Source: the human T2T-CHM13v2.0 reference genome, Homo sapiens. Taken from it: 64,000 nt of DNA. How positions within the stretch are numbered: the first letter of the stretch is position 1; each line of letters opens with the position of its first letter. The notes under the pieces were generated by a model. That model saw only the letters and a list, made by a program, of their open reading frames with translations. It did no database searches and was not told the origin of the DNA. A program made the position numbers and the translations under genes. Location of the stretch: NCBI RefSeq assembly GCF_009914755.1, contig NC_060941.1; one strand, written 5' to 3'. This document shows, in pieces, positions 55,377 through 64,000 of this stretch.

Positions 55377-55791
55377 TGTGATAGATAGCAAAAGTGGCTG
55401 ACATGATGCTTCTCCCTCTGCCTACACACTTGGTTTGGTCCCTCCCAGTCTAACTCTGGTTTTAGCTAATGGGCTGACTACAAACTTGATGCAAGCACAG
55501 ACTTGCAACATGCTTGCACACTGGGGCCTAGGAACTCTGACCACTACCATGTGAGTGGGTCTTGGCTAACCTGGCAGAGGATGAGAGACACGTAGTCTAG
55601 TCTTCTCATCACCTTACTTGGTCTTGAGCCCATCACCAGAGTGCTAGTGAGACCATCCAGCTTCAGCCAAACCAGTTACTGTTGAAGAAATCCCCAGTTG
55701 CCCTACACATTTGTGAAAATCAATCCATATTATTATCCCAAGTGGCTAAGTTTTAGAGTAGTTTCTTACAGTGCAAAAACGGAATTATCCA
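55377..55791 (+). mobile_element. MLT1F/G-type LTR
   Basis: tgatgcaagcacagacttgcaacatgcttgcacactgggg...ctaagttttagagtagtttcttacagtgcaa. Confidence 0.7.
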
Positions 55792-56029
55792 TTAGGTACT
55801 TGATAAATGATGGTAAAATATTAGTGTAGACATAGCTGAAATTTCTGAAGTCCCCTATGCTACCATTTAGCATTTAATAGAATGGGGACAAATTAGTGTT
55901 CAGCGGGAAGAGAACTTGTGTGAGAATCTAGATTCATGCTCTGTCTGTTGCTTTTCCCATAATTGTGTACAAGGCTTGGAACAAATGCTTAAGTTACCTG
56001 AATCTCAGGCTTTACAGCTTTTTCTTCAT

Positions 56030-56780
56030 TAACCACTCTGTGAGTGCTGTAGTCCTCAGAGTTCTGTCTTTGGCTGCTGTTTTTCCCACTTGGCACAGTT
56101 TCCTTCCCTTCGTGAGCTAATTATGGCATAATTCCACTATCCTCTATATACCCATTACTCCTGCATCTGCTTTGTAAGCTGAAATCAGATTTTCTCTGAC
56201 ATCCAGACTAATACACTGGAAATTTCAGCTACTTTCTTAGCATTTCATACAGGTATTTCAAACATAAAGAAAGAAAAAATTAAAAATAAGTAGAAAAAAA
56301 GGAAGAAAAGAAATAAGAAGAAAGACAGAGGAAAGGAAGGAGAGAGAAAGAGAAAGAAAACAGCTATTTTCCCCCTTTACTTTTTGACTTACTTATTTTG
56401 TATTCTCTCTTTCACCTGGTCACAACATCCTTTTCCTAGGTAATAAAAGCTTATCTCTTCCTTAGTCCTTAAATCTAGTCAGTTATCAAGTTCTATTGAT
56501 TTATCTTTTAAATATCTCTCAAATTCATGCACCTCCTCTCTGTCCCTAGTTTGATACCTCTCTTCACATCTTCATTGTGTTTTACCTCAAACGTTTAAAA
56601 CATATCTCATATGGCCTGTCTGCCAACAGTTATCTTTTCTTCAAAACTATTGAAAATCAGCAAAGTAATCACTTCAAAATGTAAGTATGAAGATCCTTCC
56701 CATTCCTCCTGCATAGGATCTGTCCATTGTACACTGTCGCCTGCCAGCAAAAATCCAAGGTCCTCAACATGTTATGAAAT
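56030..56780 (+). mobile_element. L2 fragment containing a purine-rich (GAAA/GA) tract at 56265-56360
   Basis: tagtcagttatcaagttctattgatttatctttt; caaaatccaaggtcctcaacat. Confidence 0.6.
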
Positions 56781-56849
56781 ATTTCATTGAGTTGTTGCTG
56801 TAATGGCGGTTGTTTTATTTTTTTCCTTTTTTTCTTATTTATTTTTTTC

Positions 56850-57260
56850 TTTGGTAGAAGAAGGAAGAGTATGAGTTCAGTTTTACACAAATTGAGTTAT
56901 AGATACCAGAGACAAGTCTAAATGCAGATGTTAAGTAGTCAAAATAATTTGAAATAACGGGCCTGGAGTCCAAGTAAAAGGGCTAGAATGTACATACAAA
57001 GATCATGCTGCATCCTCTCTGGATGATTTTTGGAATTTTCAAAGCCAGAGACCTGAACTATTTCAAGACTAAAAGAAGAGGTGCAAGATGGTGATCCACA
57101 AAGTAATGGGAATGGATGGCCAAAGAGATAAGAAAACAAAGAGAGTGAAGGATAGCAGAAATCACAGGGGAAACATCTTTTAAAGAGTGAGTGTTAACAA
57201 GTGAACCTGCCCCTGAAATTTCAAGAAAGATGACAACTGTGAGGTGCCCTTCTGGTAATG
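56850..57260 (-). mobile_element. L2 fragment
   Basis: gagtatgagttcagttttacacaaattgagtt...tgcagatgttaagtag. Confidence 0.65.
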
Positions 57261-57394
57261 GCAGCACGGCAGCCCAGCTCAGAAGGCTCAGGAGCTCCAT
57301 CCATATTATGAGATTGCTTATCAAATATGGCAGAGACTTGAAGGAACTTTCATATACTTTTCTAAAATTCTTTTTGATGAAGAGGTTTACAAGA

Positions 57395-57815
57395 TGTTAA
57401 AAGAAAATTTTAGACACATTAAATTTAACAGGATTTAATTGACAGGAAAAAAAAAATCCACAAATCAGGCAGCCTCCAGAATCACAGTAGATTCAGAGAG
57501 ACTCCAGGGATGATGCCTTGTGGTCATAACAAATTTATAGACAAAAGAAGGAAAGTGATGTACAGAACTTGGAGGTGAGGTTCAGAAACAACTGTATTGG
57601 TTACAGGTTGGCGTTTGCTTGATTTGAACACAGTGTATGAATGGTTGAAGTATGGCTGCTGCGATTGGCCAAGACTCAGCTATTGTTACAGATGCATACT
57701 GCTAAGTTAGATTTTCAATCTTGTCTACCTATTAAGTTAGGTTACGGTTCCTTCACAAAGACTGAAATACAGAAGAACATAGTCCTTCTCAGGCCATGTT
57801 TAGCTTGCTTTAACA
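57395..57815 (-). mobile_element. MER57-family (ERV1) solo LTR
   Basis: tgttaaaagaaaattttagacac...gattcagagagactcc...gcgattggccaagactcagc...ttagcttgctttaaca. Confidence 0.85.
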
Positions 57816-58042
57816 AGTGGTAGATTCGTGTATACTCAAATTATATGTAAAAATTTGCCAGTTGATAGATATATTGTCAGAGAAGAGGATAGGTCGCTGG
57901 AAGAATTGAAAGAATAGTAAATATAAATTTTTCCTGCTGTACAGTAGAAGAGAAAAAAGATTCTGAGCATTTTTGGAATCTGTATTATTAGCCTAAACAA
58001 TAACTAAAACAAGGAAACATTGAAGAGCCTCTATTTGCAGAG

Positions 58043-58356
<314 letters not shown>

Positions 58357-58389
58357 CAAGAAATTTTTAATCTTCTAATAGTCATATAA

Positions 58390-58865
58390 CATTCAGGATT
58401 CCAAAAGGAAAGACTAGATGCGCGCAATGGGTATATTGAAAAGAATTTCACGAAGGACTACTTACAGAGCGGGCAGGGATCAGGTAGCTGGTCAGGGATG
58501 CCGAGACTTCCAGGGACTAGCAGCACTGGGATGTGTTACCACTTCCAGGCCTCAGTGAGCACAGGGAGAGATTATTCATGAGGATCTAGTGACAGGGAAA
58601 GAGGGGAGAAAGAGGCGCCTCCCAATAGCATCCAAAATTTTGGGAAACATAATCACAGTCACAACCAAAGTACTGAAGTTGAGATGGAACAGAGAAGAAA
58701 TGCTCAGGTTATTCTCTCCTTATTCTCCTATTAGCCAAGCTAAATTAGAAGCCAGGAGGTAAGGAAGTTTGGTGATGCATCCCTAGGGCACAAGCATCTC
58801 AGGATACAGGACAGGACAGAGAATGGGAGAGGATGGGTTTGGAGGGGAAAATGGAGAAAAAGTGA
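58390..58865. mobile_element. Ancient ERVL LTR (LTR40/41-like)
   Basis: caggattccaaaaggaaagactagatg...ctattagccaagctaaattagaagccaggaggtaagg...ggatgggtttggaggggaaaatgg. Confidence 0.5.
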
Positions 58866-59029
58866 TGTAGTCCTCTAGCTAAAGGCAATGCGCACTACCA
58901 TTCTCCTCACTTTCTGAATATACAGCAGCAAGATGTCAAGGCAGAATAAAAAGGCACCCACTCAAATGGGTTACCATTTGGAATTTTGATCTCTAGTCTT
59001 TAATTCAGAGAAGAGAGGTAATCTGATGT

Positions 59030-59185
59030 ATAGGCTTAAAGGTAGATTGAGATTTGAATTCTGTTTCCACCACTTAAGTGGTGTAACAGGCAGAAGAGCC
59101 TAGTCTGAATCTCAGTTTCTCCATCTGTAAAAGTGGAACCGTAATAAATTCTAAGAGTTTTATAAGGTGCTTGGCATCTAAATGC
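59030..59185 (+). mobile_element. MIR SINE
   Basis: gatttgaattctgtttccaccactta...tctgaatctcagtttctccatctgtaaaagtgg. Confidence 0.8.
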
Positions 59186-61269
59186 AGGTTTTTTTTCTTT
59201 CTTTCTAGAATATCATGCTCACTCCCAAGTGTGAGTGAGTGACATTGCATTTCATTAAAAATGTGACATTGCATTTCCAAATGTGTATACCCATCTAAGT
59301 GAGAAATCTCAAAATCCCAAGCAATAAGCTAGAGTTTCAAAACTATCACCCCCAAGGACTTTTCCTAATTCAGTATTTCAAGGTTATAAATAAATCCTAC
59401 TTTAATGCACACTTGTGACCTATACTGTTTCAGAGATTGGTTCCCTGATCCTTATTTTTCTTCCTCAAAGTTTTCACATGCCACACATCAAGACACACAC
59501 TTTTTTTCTTGTATACTTTAGGTATTAATTTCTTATCAAATGAAGTTCAGCACCAAATCACCATTTCCAGGAAAAAAAATGAGATCAAGGACAGGACCTT
59601 TCAAAACTCATTGGATTAGATACTTATAGAAATATCACCTTACATTTTGTTATTAATCAAATCCATTTGCATGCCGCTAATATTCTGTGGATTCTTATTA
59701 TAACTGGCATTGTGTCTTTTGGAGGTTGTGAATTCCAGACAATCCTGGTGGCTGGGAAGAATCTGAAAATGTTCGTATTCCATGTCACTTGTGATGTGAG
59801 GAAACAATCTTACAGCCTTAAAATCCTTCATGAAATTAAATATTATCTTAAGAAATCCTAATTAAATTATCTCCCATTCCATCTTCATTTTCATTTCTGT
59901 GACTTCATTCTACGCTGGCCTGCATGTGACCTGGCGCACATTGGCTTCACATTAGATGAAATGTGACTAAAGCCTCAAAAAAATAACCTTTTAATTACCT
60001 TTTAAACTCTATAAAGAGAATTCACTTTTTAGTGTGACATCATTCTATGTTTCGAGCATACTTATTTTATACCCTTGCTGTACTAATTTGTCTTAATCTC
60101 TACTGATAACCAACCAGATGCTGAAATATTAAAATAGATTTTCTCTGTACATCTCTACTGATACAAAGAGATTATAAGCAAAGAACCCCTCGATCTTTCC
60201 CAATTTTGAATTTATTAATTAGGCCTTTATCTTATAGTCCTTTGCAAAGAAGAGCAGAAATAACAGTCTAGTTGGCATAATAACAAAGATTCTGAGGGAG
60301 CAAATGTTTCTTTAGAGGCATAATGACAAGTGATCTTTTTGAAGTTAGTGAAATAAAACCGAAGCAATTTTATAGTGACACATCAAGATGGTGCCACGAA
60401 CATCAAATGTGCTGTGCGCTAAAGTCATTACCACATTTCACAAAATGATACTCTGGCTTTTTTTCCTGAAGATTAAATATAACCTCAAAATAAAGCTGCA
60501 GTACACCAATTTCAAAATGACAAACTTAAAAATTTCTACTTTAGGTTTTCTTGTATGTGTGACATTTCTATCCTATGTGAAAGCAAAGTTCTCATGAATT
60601 TACCTCACCATTAGTTAACTGTTTCAAACATATACATTGGTCAGCAGCTATATTTTTGTCATTTACTTCTACTGATAGAAACCTAGCTAAGGTAGATCAT
60701 TTGAGAAAAAAAATCCTGGAGATTTTTTTACATATAACGTATGATTTAAAGTATGAAATGTTGAACAGAAATACAGAGTTAACTTATTCGGGCATACATT
60801 TAAACGATATTTTTAAACCACTGGGCTGGAAAAGCATGATACATATGAAAGAATCATATTTAAATTATTTAAAAATTACCAAGCAAAGAACTTTGGTTAT
60901 TTTCTATAAATAACCGTGATTACTATAGGATGAGAAGGTATAGACACATATATGATCAAACACATACAAATGAAACAAAAAGATAAAATAACTTTCCCAG
61001 AATGTCTTCCTTTTTTTGTGACCGCAAGATCATTCTGAGCATATCCTAAAATATGCACACCTTTCTTTGGTCACCACTTATCTAAGTAATAAATAAGAGA
61101 AGTAGTGAAGAACACGAATAAGACAGGGAAAGGGATTGATGGAAACGGTGCTGCCATGATTACAGCTGCACATTACAGATAAATGACAGATTAAGTGCAG
61201 TCATCTAAAAAGATGGATAAATGAGGATAGCAACACAAAATATAGGTGAGATATTAGTGAAGAAGCAGA

Positions 61270-61450
61270 ATGAGCACCTTCAAAACTTCTCTATAAGAGC
61301 AAGAAAAAGCAATGGCACACATTGTCAGAATAAAATTTTGCAAGACTCTGGAGATTAAACAGAGTCTTGGAGCAATCTCAATGTTTATTTAAAAATAACA
61401 CTTGGATCTCAGTAAGAAAGGGAAGACCTGTGACCTTTTAACTTGCCAAT
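61270..61450 (+). mobile_element. Old L1M 5'UTR fragment
   Basis: actctggagattaaac...ggatctcagtaagaa...tgtgaccttttaacttgcc. Confidence 0.5.
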
Positions 61451-61576
61451 TGTCACCAATTCAAAAGACCATTAAATGCAGCATCCCTTCTCTTATTTGA
61501 TCTTCTAAGAGTGTATGACATTGTGGATCTTCGGTTGAACCACACTTTTCCTGAATGTTCGGATGCAACATTTCTA

Positions 61577-61614
61577 TTACATTGGTGCAAAAGTAATTGC
61601 ATTTTTTGCCATTA
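61577..61614 (+). mobile_element. Half MADE1 (single Hsmar1-type TIR)
   Basis: TA|ttacattggtgcaaaagtaattgcattttttgccatta; the mirror arm is absent. Confidence 0.88.
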
Positions 61615-62559
61615 ATATATTTTTCTACTGATTTTCTGACTTATTCCTTGTTTCTTTTGCACACTTTGAATTTAGGTATTGCTCAAGATGATAACATGTG
61701 CCCTCTTTTATCACTTTATATAATATGTTTAGTATCCCATTCATTCCAAAGGACACAATCACCACTGACATGTTGGTAACTCCAAATTTGGTGTGATTAG
61801 CCCACTCTTCCCTCATGTGTTCCGGGCTTTTAGCATCTTTTTGAATATCAAAGCATACACTGTGACAATCTTAACACACTTATGATTTTGGTTCTCCTAA
61901 CTCTCAGAATGCATTCCAAATCCACAGTTCCAAGCTTCTTCAGTTGCTTTATAATTTTAGCTCCTTTCCACTGGTGACTGACTCTATTTGGAAAGTATTC
62001 AATACCTTCTGATGAAACTTGCTATTATTTTTTATTAAAAATATGTTTCCTTATGTTCCACTACTATGTGATTGGCTTGAACACATACAGCTTTGGTAGA
62101 GTCCCAGAATGAGATTTTGAGAAACTTTTTCATAACTACTTAGGATTAGAAATACAGGGGAAAAAATAACTCTTGCCATTTCATTTGACTGGGAGGTTCA
62201 ATTGGTTAAAGGAATCAATGAAAGTGAGTAGCGTTTCAAAGCTGACAGTTTTAACCTCTCAAGTTTGCCCTATTTACTGAACACGTTGGAGAAAAGTAGG
62301 GATAAAAGATCAGAATGAGCACAAAGAAATGGTTTTCCATTGTAGAAAGTAATCAGCCACTCTGGGAATGGTTTCCAACAGCAACTATGAAATCATCCAT
62401 GCTGCCAGTTGACATTAGAAATAACACTGCAACTATGTTTAAAGTGAAAATTTTCTGAGAAGTTCAAGAGCAGCCAAGAAAAGATATTAGGAACTCTAAA
62501 TTCCAGAAACACTCTTCTCTGATAAAAATCTTGATTTTAGTCCTTTGTTAAAATCATCT

Positions 62560-62770
62560 GTGGCAGTTGTTATAAGATCTTATTTGTGTGTGTGTGTTCC
62601 TTAGAATTATCTATATACAAGATCCTGTTACCTGTAAATAGAGATAATTTTGCTTCTTCCCAAATAATCAGAATACATTATCTTTCTTTTCCTTGGCCAA
62701 TTGCATTGGCTAGAACCTATAATAAAACATTAAATGGAAGTGGGAAAGGAGGACATCCTTGTCTTATTAA
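62560..62770 (-). mobile_element. Old L1M ORF2 fragment
   Basis: aaatagagataattttgcttcttcc...attgcattggctagaacct...ggacatccttgtctt. Confidence 0.8.
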
Positions 62771-63299
62771 GATTTTTGATAGATTTTGATACAATCTTGT
62801 TGATAGACTTTTAGTCAATGAATAAAGGCCTTTATAACCTCAGTTATGGTATCAAGATTTATTTTTTTCCTGAACTGTTCAGACACGTAAGTGATAAATG
62901 GGATCTGAATATTAGTTTATGTAGACTTGCTCTTTCTACTGCTGAGAAAATAATCCTATGCTTTAACTTAGCTTTGTAGTCTGAGCACAGGATTTGTTCT
63001 TTATAAACTCAGGGTCTGTTTCTAACTTATTTATTCCTTTTACCTCTGTCAGCTTGCTTTATCTTACTACTATAAGCCATCAAAGACCATCTTGAGTTCA
63101 AAATAGGAATTATATTTAGTTATGTTTATGCCTATGGAGTGAGATAGAGCAGATTTCACTCTGCCCTTGCCCAAGGGTATGATCTTTAATAAGTTATGAA
63201 AATCCCCATTCCCTCATCTTCTTCATCTTAACATGATAATAACAATAGTATACAGGGTTGCTGTGAGTAGTGCAATCAGCATAAACGAATCAGTAATCA

Positions 63300-63609
<310 letters not shown>

Positions 63610-64000
63610 TCATAATGACAGTGACCAGTGTTTATTATTATTATTATTTAATGCATTAAATAAGGAAACAACACTGGCATGACACTACTTTCATGTGTCT
63701 CAGAATATAAAAATCCAACAGGAGAAAAAATAGATACACATAGATTGCTTATGTGTGTTCTTGCATTTATCTCCATGGTGCCAAGCCCATTTCTGTCAGG
63801 TAAGCCATCAGTCCCAGGTTTCCAGTGAAAGATTATCCACTCTGGGAGCTCAGTTCCTGCATTATTCATGTCATTCTGCATGCAGCTAGATTTATGTGTC
63901 AGGAAAAACATACAAATGGAATCCGATTTACTTGCACAAGTTCCTGAACCATTTGATTTATGTTTGAGTAAATAAAGACATATGTCTTATAGGTATTGGC

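Noticed and set aside
59239-59277. 15-bp direct repeat gtgacattgcatttc with 9-nt spacer as a TSD of a micro-insertion
   Set aside because: No clear poly-A or endonuclease site; more simply a small degenerate tandem duplication
59640-59861. Hydrophobic 64-aa ORF resembling a signal peptide
   Set aside because: No recognisable homology; hydrophobic bias is expected from T-rich DNA

Overview
Primate (human-like; hominoid judging by AluY, L1PA3, LTR12 and LTR7) AT-rich genomic DNA, intergenic or deep intronic. I recognise no protein-coding exon, CpG island, tRNA/rRNA/snRNA gene or CRISPR array. The ORFs in the track are either translations of repeats (Alu, L1 ORF2/3'UTR, Tigger1 transposase, LTRs) or chance ORFs. 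Much of the window is interspersed repeats: about 13 Alus, L1PA/L1PB/L1M fragments, L2/MIR, a near-complete Tigger1 split by an L1, DNA-transposon MITEs (MER20, MER1A, MER44A containing MER47A, half MADE1) and solo LTRs (LTR12, MSTA, MER31, MLT1, MLT2A, THE1D, LTR7, MER57). Most notable: (1) a solo HERV-H LTR7 carrying the LTR7up-type SOX block, pointing at promoter-like and splice-donor sequence and at candidate non-coding minus-strand exons; (2) an LTR12 promoter nested in an Alu and convergent with it; (3) a miniature twin-primed L1; (4) a 69-nt TSD-flanked retrocopy of non-TE origin; (5) about 400 bp of foreign DNA captured inside an MSTA; (6) a decayed palindrome centred on a CRE. Subfamily calls come from remembered consensus sequences, and boundaries of old elements are approximate. 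I see no evidence of a novel multi-gene system.
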